Below, one piece after another: positions 49,501 to 61,862 of a DNA stretch of 64,000 nucleotides. Source of the stretch: Octopus bimaculoides. Taxonomy: Eukaryota. Each line of letters starts with the position of its first letter. Position 1 is the first letter of the stretch. The stretch lies in the NCBI RefSeq assembly GCF_001194135.2, contig NC_068981.1, positions 181,778,968 through 181,842,967 on the forward strand, read 5' to 3'. The position numbers and the translations under genes were made by a program. A model generated the notes under the pieces. That model worked only from the letters and a program-made list of their open reading frames with translations, did no database searches and was not told where the DNA came from.

Positions 49501-51989
49501 TGTTCCACTGAGTCGTAGAATTTAGTGTGAAGAATATTTATAGACACCTGCACTAAGAAATGAAAGTATGGGTGGAGATGGTTAATTAATGTGGAGATGC
49601 AAATAGCATATTCTAAAAAAGGAAGTTTATTATAGCAACAGTGGAATAGACATTGTGAATACTATATAACGAGTCAAAAAAGGAAGACCGCATTCAGTAT
49701 AGAAGTGTTCATTTAAATAATTGTTGTGGGCATTTAAATAATTGTTGCTAAACAAACCATGGTACACAAATTAAACATATTCAACTGCAATATAAATTAA
49801 TAGCTAAACATGGGAGTCCACTCTGCTGGGTGGCTGGTGTTCGGAAGGGCATCCAGCTGTAAAAATCCTGCCAAAACAGTCAGTTTGGTGCAGGCTTTTA
49901 CTTGGCCAGCTCCTGTCAAACTGCCCCACTTGTGCCAGCATGGAAGGCGAACGTTGAACAATGATGATGATGGTTGCACTTTCTGCAAATAGTCTTAGTA
50001 GACAAAATGGCAGATGCATTAACTCAAAGAATAGTGAGGGAAATATGCTGAAGAAGCCATTCCATCTTCCAGGGCTTATTTTTGTGGATGGCTTTTCTTT
50101 ATCTCAATTAGACAAAGAAGAGAGATGATTCAGGAACCCAGAACACTAGGCATTTCCATTAATATAGGCTTGTTGCTTGGCTGCTATTCATATTAGGTTG
50201 CATGTGAATGATAAAACAACACCATGCAAACATTTGATAGTAACTTTTGTTTCACCTCACAAGTAACATTCAGGTTGGCCATGAATTATAGAGTTCCAGA
50301 ACAAGTCAACACAATTGAAGGAATAATTTAGTTGCACTCATAAATAGTTGATTACAAAGGCTGTGCACTGGAGTTTGTCACGACAGGAGAAAATATACAC
50401 ATTCATATCAGCCAACTATATTGACAAATTCAAGTTGATCAGGAGTTGTTAAAATGACTGTTACAATGGCAAGAGTGTGAGGAGCTGGACTGTAGGTTAC
50501 CACACACTGGAAGTTGGTGCTAAAACCAATCCTTTATATAACCTTTGTACCGGGATGTTCCAGAAGAATCTAGAAATCTGGCTGCTGATTGGTCAATAAC
50601 TCAACCTCTCATGTGAACATGTGTTCTGTTGTGACTTAAACTTCACAATCTGTCTTGCTATAGTCTCAAAAAGCAGCCAGTACTTTGTCTTCTGCCAGAT
50701 CATGAGTTCCATCTATGGCACTGTGTTCTCAATGATAGATTGCGTTACTTACTTCAGGCAGTGGTGTCAGGACAGAATGCTTCATAGTATTTATTTCTGA
50801 ACTCTACGCTCTGAGATCAAATCCAGCTGAGGCCAAATTTGTTTTTCATCTTTTCAGAGTTGATCAAGTACCAATCCAAGAATGTCGGAATGGATTTCTT
50901 GTATTTGCTCTGGCTCTTTGTATTCTGAGTTCAAATCCTATGTCTTACATCTTTCATGTCTTTAATGAAGTCCAGTCCTTTGCAAGCTTTCAGTCTAGCT
51001 TTCTGCTTTGAGGATATCTTCTTTCCTTCCATCAGTCTTTGGAACCCTGTAATGAGTTGTTGGTACTGCTTACTCTGTAGACAAAAAGATAAAGAGAAAT
51101 AGAGGCGCAGGCATGGCTGTTTGCTTCCCAATGACGTGGTTCCAGAGTCAGTACTACTGTAGTACTGGGCCAATCAAAGCCTTGTGAGTGAATTTGGTAG
51201 GTGGAAATTGAAAGAAACCTGTCATGTGTGTGTGTGTTTTGTGTTTGTCCCTCACCACTACTTGACAAATGGTGTTGGTATGTTTACAACCCTATTTACT
51301 TAGCAGTTCTTCAAAAGAGATCAATAGAATAATAGGCTTTAAAACAATAAACACTGGTATTGATTCCTTCAACTAAAATTCTTCAAGCCGATACCCCAGC
51401 ATAGTCACGGTCAAATGACTGAAACAAGTAAAAGTTTAAAAATAAATAAAAATAAGCAGTGGTGGATATTAAAAGGTTAACTGTTCGTAACATTTGCTTC
51501 TAAGTAATTAATGTCGGTAATCTATTTTCTACAATGATGTGCGATTTCAGAACCATTCAGTCTGATAGCCTTTGAAAAAAACCCCAAAAAAACTTATCTA
51601 AAAATGCCTGAGATGAAAATATTTTTTTTTTCTTAATGATCTTCTTTAATGTCAACAATTAATATTATGAAAACGGAACTGAAAATAATCTATGACAGTG
51701 TCAGTAGAAAATATCTAGCTGAATTATTCTGAACGACCATTTTACTTATTAGAAACATTCTTTCTCTTATAAGCATGACTGTGGTTAAGAAGCTTGCTTT
51801 GCGAGCATGTGGTTTGGGGTTTGGTCCCAATGTGTGTGGTACCTTGGGCAGGTGTCTTTTGCTATCGTCTCTGGGTCAACCAATGTCTTGTGAGTCAATC
51901 TGGCATGCAGAAACTGTCATGTAATATATTATACACATTAATATCAAGCATTGAGAACGAGTGAAGTGTGTGTGTGTGTGTGTGTGTGT

Positions 51990-52177
51990 GGTGACACGTA
52001 AAAGCACCCACTACACTCTGAGTGGTTGGCGTTAGGAAGGGCATCCAGCTGTAGAAACTTTGCCAAATTAGACTGGAGCCTGGTGTTGCCATCCGGTTTC
52101 ACCAGTCCTCAGTCAAATCGTCCAACCCATGCTAGCATGGAAAGCGGACGTTAAACGATGATGATGATGATGATGAT
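51990..52177 (+). mobile_element. RTE-type tail element, CpG-intact copy running into a gap
   Basis: ggtgacacgtaaaagcaccc...gcgttaggaagggcatccagctgtag...ggaaagcggacgttaaacgatgatgat; near-identical to the copy at 11017. Confidence 0.8.
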
Positions 52178-52629
52178 NNNNNNNNNNNNNNNNNNNNNNN
52201 NNNNNNNNNNNNNNNNNNNNNNNNNNNNNNNNNNNNNNNNNNNNNNNNNNNNNNNNNNNNNNNNNNNNNNNNNNNNNNNNNNNNNNNNNNNNNNNNNNNN
52301 NNNNNNNNNNNNNNNNNNNNNNNNNNNNNNNNNNNNNNNNNNNNNNNNNNNNNNNNNNNNNNNNNNNNNNNNNNNNNNNNNNNNNNNNNNNNNNNNNNNN
52401 NNNNNNNNNNNNNNNNNNNNNNNNNNNNNNNNNNNNNNNNNNNNNNNNNNNNNNNNNNNNNNNNNNNNNNNNNNNNNNNNNNNNNNNNNNNNNNNNNNNN
52501 NNNNNNNNNNNNNNNNNNNNNNNNNNNNNNNNNNNNNNNNNNNNNNNNNNNNNNNNNNNNNNNNNNNNNNNNNNNNNNNNNNNNNNNNNNNNNNNNNNNN
52601 NNNNNNNNNNNNNNNNNNNNNNNNNNNNN

Positions 52630-52669
<40 letters not shown>

Positions 52670-54764
52670 ACTCGTTCTCAATGCTTGATATTAATGTGTA
52701 CACAAACACACACTTCACTCGTTCTCAATGCTTGATATTAATGTGTATAAAATAGTACATGACAGTTTCTGCTATGTATATATATATATATATGCATGTA
52801 TGTCTTTGTGTCTGTATTTGTCACTCCTCTCCATTTTCAGCACTTGACAACCAGTGTTGGTTTGTTATCCTCATGACTTAGGGGTTGGCAAAAGAGACTG
52901 ATGAAATAAGTACCATACTCTAAAGAAAACATAGGTTCAAGGGTTGATTGCAGTCTCATGCCTGAAACGAGTGAGAGAATCAAATTATAAAAAGCAGAAT
53001 CTGTAGAGATAATAGATTAATCATGTAACTTTAGAATTGTAAATCGTTAGGCTATTCCAACCATGGTTTCATTTGGTTCTTAGTTATTGGACCAGAAATA
53101 CAGGTGTCATCATGGCTAGAAATAACAGCCAAATCACCCTCAAATCACATCCTTACCATCTTAAAAACTGAAAGGGCTTTCGTAATGTTGTCCTAGCTAC
53201 TCCTGAAATGACAGAATGGTCACATCTAAAACATACCTGATCAATCAGGGCTGACCCAAGCTAAACAACAAATAAAAAACAATTTAATGAAAGGGCCTAT
53301 ATGCAGTGGCTCAGCCTGATAGAAGTAGTAACCAAATTTCTCTCTAACTGCACTTTACTATCTGAAGAAAAAAACAAAAAACCTATACATTGACCAAGGT
53401 AGTCTTTGATATGTACAAAATGACAGGGTGGTCAGGACTGAAATAACTTTGATCATTCTTTTCAATAAAGGTCACCTGTAGCTAACAAAACAAAATGCTG
53501 AAATATTTTGGCTAAAAATGTCTTCCTTGCTGATTTGAACATGTTTGAAAGAGAAAGAACATTTTATAACAGAAACTAAGGCTCCTATACAGATACACTA
53601 TAAATAGTCAGCATTAGTCAGCAAGTTATCTTGTCTTTGTTCTAGTTTTTAAAACCATGGCACTACACCTCACAAAATCAATTAATAAACTGCATGAGTA
53701 ATTTATAATTGCATGTGTACTTGACTAAAACAAATATCTGTCAGGACTCCCATGACCGAACAACACAGGGGAAATACCTCTGTTCAGTGGTGGAAATAGA
53801 CGAGGAAATCAATACTATATAGACATTGTGATTAAGTACATACAAGAAGTTTGTTGTATTTCAAGCTCTCTGGCAGTGAACCAACATTTCACCAGGCATA
53901 TTGGCTAACAGAACAATGCAATCTTTATTCCAGCTCTTGCTCTACCCAGTATTAGCATTAATTTATCAATGCTTGAGACTTTGCTAATTTATGAGGGTTT
54001 TTTCTCTTGTTTTTGTTTTATCCATGTCCTAGACGGGTTACAGTGCATATCCCAGTGAAAGGAATGTATTTCAATGAAGTGTGAACGCTGCAAAGCTGAG
54101 GCTAAATTTCAGATTAAATTTACTATTTGTGAAAGCATGTGGCCTTGTATTACAGTGTTGCACTCATGATCACAAGATCACGGTTTTGATTCCTGAACTG
54201 GGCCATGCATTGTGTTCTTGAGCAAAACACTTCATTTTTACATTGCTCCAGTCCATTCAGCTGCAAATCGGTAACCCAGTGAAGGACTGGTGTCCCATTG
54301 AGGTGGGGAATGCTGTGATCTCTATCACTTTTATGCCATGGAAATTGATTGGTCTTATGAGTTCTAGGAGCTGAGACAATGTCCAGGAATTGACATTAAC
54401 AAATCAGTTTAACCCTTTTTGATGCTAACCCACCTGTAGCTACTCTGGCTTCTATGATACAAACTTCCTGTTTTAACTCTTTAGCATTTAAACTGGCCAT
54501 ATCCAGCCCAAATATTCTATTTGTTTTATGTTCAAACTGGCCAGACCAAAATCTCAGGCCTACCCAACAATGTTATTCTAAAAATAAGCAATTACATCAT
54601 TGAAATCTCAAAGCTATAAGACAATGCATGAGTAATTCAAAATAATTCAATTGGTCCTGAAAGGATGGAAGGCAAAGTTAACTTTAAGGGAATTTGAACT
54701 GAGAATGTAAAGGGCCAGATAAAATACCACTAAGCATTTTGTCAGGTATACTAATAATTGTCAG

Positions 54765-56420
54765 CTGGTCACCTTTGAAGATGGTAATAATGGTTGCATC
54801 TCTGAAGTCAATTGGTATCTCATCTGGCCTCCAAATTAGTAGTGCATGAAGCTTTATTATTAGTGCTTTAGTCTTAAATTTATATATCTTAGCTCGAATA
54901 CCATGAGACCCGAGTGCCTTGCTTTTAGGGAATAAATTGCTTTGTTTAGTTTCTGCATTGGCAGTTGGTCTTAATGCAGTGTTGTCCGGAGGTCATTTGT
55001 TACCTGCACAGTCAGGATTAAACAGGTCTTTGAAATGTTATTTCCGTTAGTTATTAACAGCTGCTTGTTCTTTTACAAGTTTTGTACCATTCTTTGGTCT
55101 AAGAGTTGCTGGACAATGGAATGCTTTCGTTAGGCTTAAGAAACTTATGTCATGCATGTTGGTCAGTTTTTAGATTTTGAGTATTTTGATCTGCCATAAA
55201 TTATTTTTCATTTTATGTGTTTCTGGACTGCAGCCTTTGTTTTGTATACATTATTCTTATTTTGATAAGCAAGTAAAGCTATTTTCTTGACTAGCTGCTT
55301 GATTTGGGTAGTGTTCTCAGTGTTTTGCCATAAATCCCCAAGAACTGACAAATAGCAGAGATGTTTGTTTTTAGCGTACATCTTGCATCTTCAACAGTCA
55401 CAATGTTTTAGGTTGATGGTTGACAATTTATATTCTGGACCAGTGGTTCTTAACTGGGGTCCATATAGAATTTGCCTTCTCTTCTTCATTTCTTTTCTCA
55501 TTTCTTATACATCTACAATGCTCAAAATATTTTAACATATTTTTATAATTAAATATTACAAATTGCAAAAATAAATAAATAAAAAAACTAATTGGATTTT
55601 TTTTTAATATGGGGATCCAGTAGACTAAAATAGGAATCAAAGGGATCCATAGGCAAAAAATGGTTGAGAACCACTGATTTAGACATTGAAATTGCTTTGC
55701 CTTTTTTTTTTTTTTACTGTGGGTGGGGTGATGTCAGCTGCAAGAATTATGCCATAGTTGCTGACATTGTTTTGGAATGTTTTGTATTGCCATGTGAGAT
55801 CTCTATGAAGCATTGAGTCAAACAGCTATTGTCTGCTTTTGTCATGATGCATGCTAGGTGCATCTCCTTGTGACTAAGATTCTGTATAATCATATGTCAA
55901 TCACATGCCAACTCTTTGGTCATGGGATGCTCTCTGCTTGTCACAAATGGTGTTTTGGTGATTACTAAGTTCCTTGTAATTAGCTAGGATTGTCATTTGA
56001 ATTAACCATTCCAAAAGTTTAAGTTTTTGTTAACTCTGGCATTAAGGCTGCCTGACAAAATGATTTTGTCCTGTTTTAGTATTCTGGATAGGACACAGTT
56101 GAAGTTAATGTAAAATTCCTCTTTAAATTCTGTAATTGCTTTAAGTGTAAGCTCCCACTCACAACTGACTTTTGCATAGTGGTTAGAGCCAGCAATTTTG
56201 AAGGGGAATGTCATCAATCTTTCACTGATGCCAATAGGTAGTTCATATAGCTTACAGATAGAATCACGAAGAACTGTAGTAAGTTTTAGAGTCTACTCCA
56301 AAGAAGTACTGCTCTTCTTGTTTACGCTTCTGAAAGAAGGTATAGCCACTGTCCTGTTTCTTCAGCTGTCTTCAACTAGTTTTTCCTTAGGAGCTGCAAT
56401 ATTGAAATCGAAGCACACCA
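54765..56420 (-). mobile_element. BovB-like RTE LINE remnant (AP endonuclease to start of RT)
   Basis: QLKKQDSGYTFF, EFKEEFY...LKQDKIILSGSLNARV...FWNG, LRPKNGTKLVKEQ...HFKDLFNP and KSKALGSHGIRAKIYK...KLHALLIW..EIPIDFRDATIITIFKGD, with many stops. Confidence 0.85.
55441..55676. mobile_element. hAT (Charlie-like) MITE
   Basis: TIRs cagtggttcttaa / ttgagaaccactg; flanks ttctggac / atttagac. Confidence 0.78.
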
Positions 56421-57022
56421 GTTCCACAGAAACAAGTGCAGTCTATCATTCTAACCAAAGGCTGTTTGACTTAACGATAAGAGTCAGAATGTTTCAAGAC
56501 TTAAATTTTATTAGGCATTTTCTTTTGTCTATGAAAAAAAAAAAGTGACCCATATCTTAGAAAGCAGAGATCCAATTAGGAAAGCTAAGATAGGCTATAT
56601 TTGAGGTATTTTTTCTTGCTGCTTACCAATCCAAGGTGAACAGGAAGGATTGCTCAGCTGTAGCTGCTGTTAAACATATGTGGACATCCATGCCTGACAC
56701 CGTCTCATTTGACTACATCTTCTGTATCATTCCATTACTCGGAGCTCCCAGATTCCACAATCTTGCTTCTTATGCCTCTAGAGGATTGCACAAAAACTTT
56801 TTGGAATGAAGTAAAAATGAGAGATGCTTGTTTATGGTTTTGTTTGGCACGTAGAAGCTATTGTACATCAGTTTCCACACTCTTTTCACTGTGAGACACC
56901 TCAGTCCAACAGCAAAGATTGGAAATAACAAACAGTTACAATCATTATCTGCTTTCACAGCTGTTGAATGTAATTGACCCCTCTTTCACTTGTTCTCCCG
57001 GATTTAGGAATTAACTGCACCC

Positions 57023-57250
57023 ATAACCCTTTCATTACCAACCTGGCTGAAACTGGCTCTGGCTCTGAGTACAAATGTCTTGGTTTCATAAGTTTTGAAT
57101 TAAAATCTTCCACTAAATCTTTGTCACAATTTATGTTCCTAACACTAGCTGAATGATAACTAAGTTATTTTACTAAATTCTTTATTATATTTAAAGTAAT
57201 TGAAAGAAACACAGAGCATCTCAAAATAAATACAGTAACAAAAGGGTTAA
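57023..57250. mobile_element. piggyBac-like MITE
   Basis: Ends ataaccctttcattac / gtaacaaaagggttaa give a TTAA-CCC-type terminus. Confidence 0.55.
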
Positions 57251-59332
57251 TACAGAAGGCAAAAGAGGTTGTTAGCATTTACTTCAGGTACCACCTTGAG
57301 TGGAGAAAAAAGGTGACTTAATGTTCCTTTCACAAGTTGATTTGAAGGGATGGACTGCTTGAAACTCTGGAAAACTGTTGATTTGAAAGGAGTAAGTTTC
57401 ACCATTTGAATTTGGTTTTGTAAAATCTGTTATAGCAGTTTAGTCAGTGACACGTGTCTTCATCTTGATTAAATCAAAGAGAAGGTGGGTATATTTTACC
57501 ATGTTAGTCAAATGAAAGCTGTTTAAACTTTCTTTTACAGTTGAAAAATCAAAGGCCTTTTTCTTTTTCTGAAAAAAAAAAAGAATTATATTTTGTTTTT
57601 ATACTTCAATTATTTTTGTTCCAGTATTTTCTCTTATTTCTGTGATGGTTTATTAGATGAGAAATCATGCAAGAAATAGAGATAATTTGATGTTAACGTA
57701 TTCAGGCATGAAGATAGGATTACTACTTGCATGTGATGATGGGCTATTTGGAAATCTAATAAATATTATTCAGAGAAGACCTCTTGAAAGTAGTAATAGC
57801 AGAAGATACTCTAAGTATAGATTAGACTGTTGTATTTTTTTTGCCTTCAGTTTTAGATTTTTCCTGTCAAATATCATTACAATTTTAGGTGAAAACTTTG
57901 AAGGATCTAAATAATTTAAAATATAATAATAGTAATAAACAATATGATTTTGTTGCTTTTCCAATGTCAGTATTCCAATGCACTTGGTGTTTAATGTGTT
58001 TGTATTCTTTGAAGTAACACCTGTACAAGAGTCTCTTTTAATGTGTGCATTCCTTAAAGTTTGAGGGGAAAGTTGCTGACATTTAAAAAAATAATTTATT
58101 GGAAATTTCTTTATTAATTTAACTGATAATTGTGGAATTTTCAATATTTGTTTATAGAATTGTGATAGAAAAGTCAGTGTATTTTGAATTTTATATTCTT
58201 AAATTAATTTGAATTTAATTTGTGTAGAATCCTATATATTGACTTTTGGAGTTGCTTCGCATGAGTAGTTCTATGAAAAATTCACATGTAGAATATTAGA
58301 TAAAATATATTCCTTCGTTAGGAATATATTGTCTGGAAGATACATTTGGCAACTTTCATCATGATTGAATATTGAATAGGTTTGGAAGAGTTAGAGAAGG
58401 CAAACAGATGAGGTTAAATGGAAGAGTTTTAATTTATTTATTTTAACATATCTAATTCTAATTCAATAAATTGACTTTGAGCCAGTTATTATAGTATATT
58501 TTTATTAATGAAGTGTAATGACTTCCGGCAGAAACCCAGATACACAAGCAAGAGGTCATTGACAGCTATGTTATGTGATAAAATCATGTTGCAAAGGTTA
58601 GGCTGAACTGTATGAGAAAATACAATTTGTAGAATTGTTTTTCACGAGTTCTGAAGTAAAAGCTTGCCTGTTAAACTATTTTTGTTCTGATGTGTATTTG
58701 TTTCTTCTTTTATCATAGGTTTTTTTTTTGTTTTTTCTCTTATATTTTTGTGGTTTGTGGAATCATACTTATTGTATAATGAGTCTTCAAACTTCGTAAT
58801 GCATTGATGAAATTAGCTTTTGATTAGTTTGTGTGTGTGTGTGTGCATGCATGTCACTGTGTATGTGCATGTCTGTGAGTGGGTGTCAGTCAGTTTTTGT
58901 GTGTGTGTGTGTGTGTGTGTACGTTAGAATGTGTGCGTTGTTCTGTGTTCATGTAGATGTGTGTGTATGTGTGCATCATTGTCAGTCTGTTCATGTGTGG
59001 GTGGTGTCAGTCTCTGTGTATTGTCTACATATTTGTATATGTGTTATGTCTAGAAGTGTATGCATACAAGTGTCTAGATATCAATGTTTGCATGTTGTTG
59101 GTGTGTGAATGTCGGTTAGGTGATCTGCAGGCTAGTGAGAGAGAGAGAGAGAGGGAGTCAGAGGAAGCAAACCTTAAGAAGGTTTCACCCTTTTGATATC
59201 GACCCACCTGATTATATGATTCAAACTATAAAACTTTTCATCACCATTATTAAAATGGTGCTTGTACCATTAATTAATGAAATTTTAAAGTGATTTTTAT
59301 TAAATTCTTCATTACTTTAAAAATTAGAAGGC

Positions 59333-59680
59333 ATGGCTGTGTGGTTAAGAAGTTTGATTTCCAACCACATGGTTCCAGGTTCAGTCCCACTGTGTGGAAA
59401 CTTGGGCAAGTGTCTTCTACATCCTCAGGCTGACCAAAGTCTTATTGGTGGATTTGGTAGACAGAAACTGAAATAAGCCTATTGTGTGTGCTTGTGTGTT
59501 TCTGTTTGTCCCCCATCATTGCTTGAGAACTGGTGTTGCTTTGTTTACATGCCTGTAACCTAGCAGTTCAGCAAAAAGTGATTGATAGAATAAGAATTGG
59601 GTTTAGTTCATGCAATGAAATCCTTCCAGGCAGTGCACCAGCATTTCTATACTCCAGTGAGTGAATCAAGTAAAAGATAG
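59333..59680 (+). mobile_element. SINE family S2 copy (CpG-decayed)
   Basis: ggcatggctgtgtggttaagaag...ccttgggcaagtgtcttctac... matches S2. Confidence 0.8.
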
Positions 59681-59712
59681 AGATGTTGAATTTTAACAGA
59701 AATATGATAATG

Positions 59713-60246
59713 CAGAGTGTTCAAAAAGTCTCTCCGCAGTGAATTTTTTCACCATCAACACCGAGAGATTATTCCTCAAATATTGTCACCGAAAGTGAAA
59801 TTAATAATGCATACTTTCAGCAAGATAGAGCTACAGCACATACTTCGTGCATCACTATGGTGCTACTTCGAGAGTTTTTCGGTGAATGGATTATTTTGAA
59901 GGAACTTTGGCCACCAAGATCACCTCATTTAAAACACTGCCAGACTTTTTTTTCCTGGGAAGCAAGTAAAGGATCAGTGTACAAGAATTGCCCAAAGCCC
60001 ATTTGCTAAAAGATGCAATCATAACCTTCACACAATCCATACTGCATCACTCTCCAAGATATATTTCAAAACGTGTAGAAGAGTCAACTTATGTACTGAA
60101 AATGAAGAACAACACTTTCAACACCTCTTATAAAGTTTTTTAACGTCTTGTAAAGTCTAATATATACGTTTGTAGTCTTATACCATCTTAGAAATATTTA
60201 TTTTGCAATAAAATACTTACTGCTGAGAGACTTTTTGAACACCCTG
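59713..60246 (+). mobile_element. Internally deleted Tc1/mariner (IS630 superfamily, maT-like) element
   Basis: TIRs cagagtgttcaaaaagtctctc / gagagactttttgaacaccctg, with TA on the right and TG on the left. The internal frame reads AYFQQDRATAHTS..TMVLLREFFGEWII.K.LWPPRSPHL...FFSW...KGSVYKN. Confidence 0.85.
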
Positions 60247-60424
60247 TAAAAGAGTTAAGCAGTCCTGATCTACGAGAGCAAATTAATTACATTGGGTTTT
60301 TAATGTTCCTGATTGGTTTTTGAACATATCAAACGCTTCCTGTAACGTTTGGATGGTGGAGAAGTGCTGTTTGGAAAATTTAAGCTTGAGTGTTGTATAT
60401 GATTTTCTGTCTAAACTGGTTTAT

Positions 60425-60800
60425 TCTTTTACTTGTTTTCAGTCATTTGACACTGTGGCCACTGCTTTTAGTCGAACAAATCAACCTCAAGACTTATTTT
60501 TTGTAAGCCTTGTACTTATTCTATCAGCATCTTTTGCTGAACCGCTAAGTTACGGGGATGTAAACACACCAACATTGGTTGTCAAGCGATGGTGAGGGTG
60601 GAGGACAAACACACACACACAAACATATAAATATATATAACAGGCTTCTTTCAGTTTCCATTTACTAAATCCACTCACAAGGCTTTGGTTGGCTGAAACT
60701 ATAGTAGAAGACACTTGCCCTAGGTGCCATGTAGTGAGACTGAACCCGGGACCATGTGGTTGGTAAGCAAGCTTCTTACCACTCAGTCACTTCTGCGCCT
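60425..60800 (-). mobile_element. SINE family S2 copy
   Basis: Reverse complement of the full S2 head and body. Confidence 0.8.
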
Positions 60801-61646
60801 ATGATTTGACTAAATTATTTTAAGGATTAATTGTGTCACTGTAAAAAGAGGGCTTAAGGTGTGGGCTAGGTGCCCCATTGACAGGCTGCTGATATTAAAT
60901 AAAGTGTTATTTAGCCAGTGCAGCCTGACTGGCTCCTGTGCCAGTGGCACGTAAAAAGCACCATTTGAGTGAGGTCAATGCCAGTACTACCTGACTGGCC
61001 CCCATGCCAGCTGTGCTGGTGGCACGTAAAAGGCACCCCCTACACTCTTGGAGTGGTTGGCATTGGGAAGGGCATCCAGCTGTAAAAACCTTGCCAGATC
61101 AAATTGGAGCCTGGTGCAGCCTCCTGGCTTGCCAGTCCTCAGTCAAACCGTCCAACCCATGCCAGCAAGGAAAGCAGACGTTAAACGATGATGATGGTTT
61201 GATATCTTAGTATGCAGATTAGTAGTTCCAGTTCTCTGTAGCTATTAGATTTGAGGTATTTAGCAAACGGATTGGCTTCTTGTTTCTTTGGGATTGGTTA
61301 AGTGATGTAGATACTTCTGATGGTACCCCAATAAGGATTGGGTTGAAAATTGGTTACAGCTGTTCATAGTTTTTTCCTGCTTTCTGAAGAAATAAGGTCA
61401 GTTTGATATGGTTGTAAATTTACTACATAAATTTACATATACATGTTGGCATTTCAGTCACTTGCCATCATCTGAGGGAAATGGTTAATACAATGCTTAA
61501 CATTCCTTTTTGACATTTTGACTGGCTGCTCTTTACTCTTGAAGGCCAATTTAATAAAAAGCAATCCCTTACTTGAAGTCCCTATCCATGCTAGCCTTGT
61601 CTGGAAAAATGGATGTTAAACAAATGTGTGTATGTAAACAATTCTC

Positions 61647-61862
61647 TTAATCTTTTAGCATTCAGATGACTTTGTGAAATGTGATGCTTTTGTATCCACA
61701 GTTTTGAATTAATCGTGCATTGTTTCAAGATTTTGATGATGTGATTGTATACTTTTGGAATGACATTGCAGGGTAGGTGTGAGAGGCTGGATTTGGTTGG
61801 TTTAAATGTAAGACTGACAGAATATTTGGGCTGGATATGGCTGGTTTAAATGTTAGAGTTAA
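61647..61862. mobile_element. piggyBac-like MITE (degenerate)
   Basis: TTAA at both ends with imperfect ctttagcatt termini; homologous inverted sequence at ~54475-54650. Confidence 0.45.

Noticed and set aside
42800-56420. One giant interrupted RTE element
   Set aside because: Both remnants contain the same RT-start region (DAIPE / SHGIRA...LYKNKG / IFKGD), so they are two separate insertions.
57657-57914. 85-aa ORF after an acceptor-like site at 57624
   Set aside because: No family similarity recognised, no convincing donor, and the frames from the acceptor close quickly.
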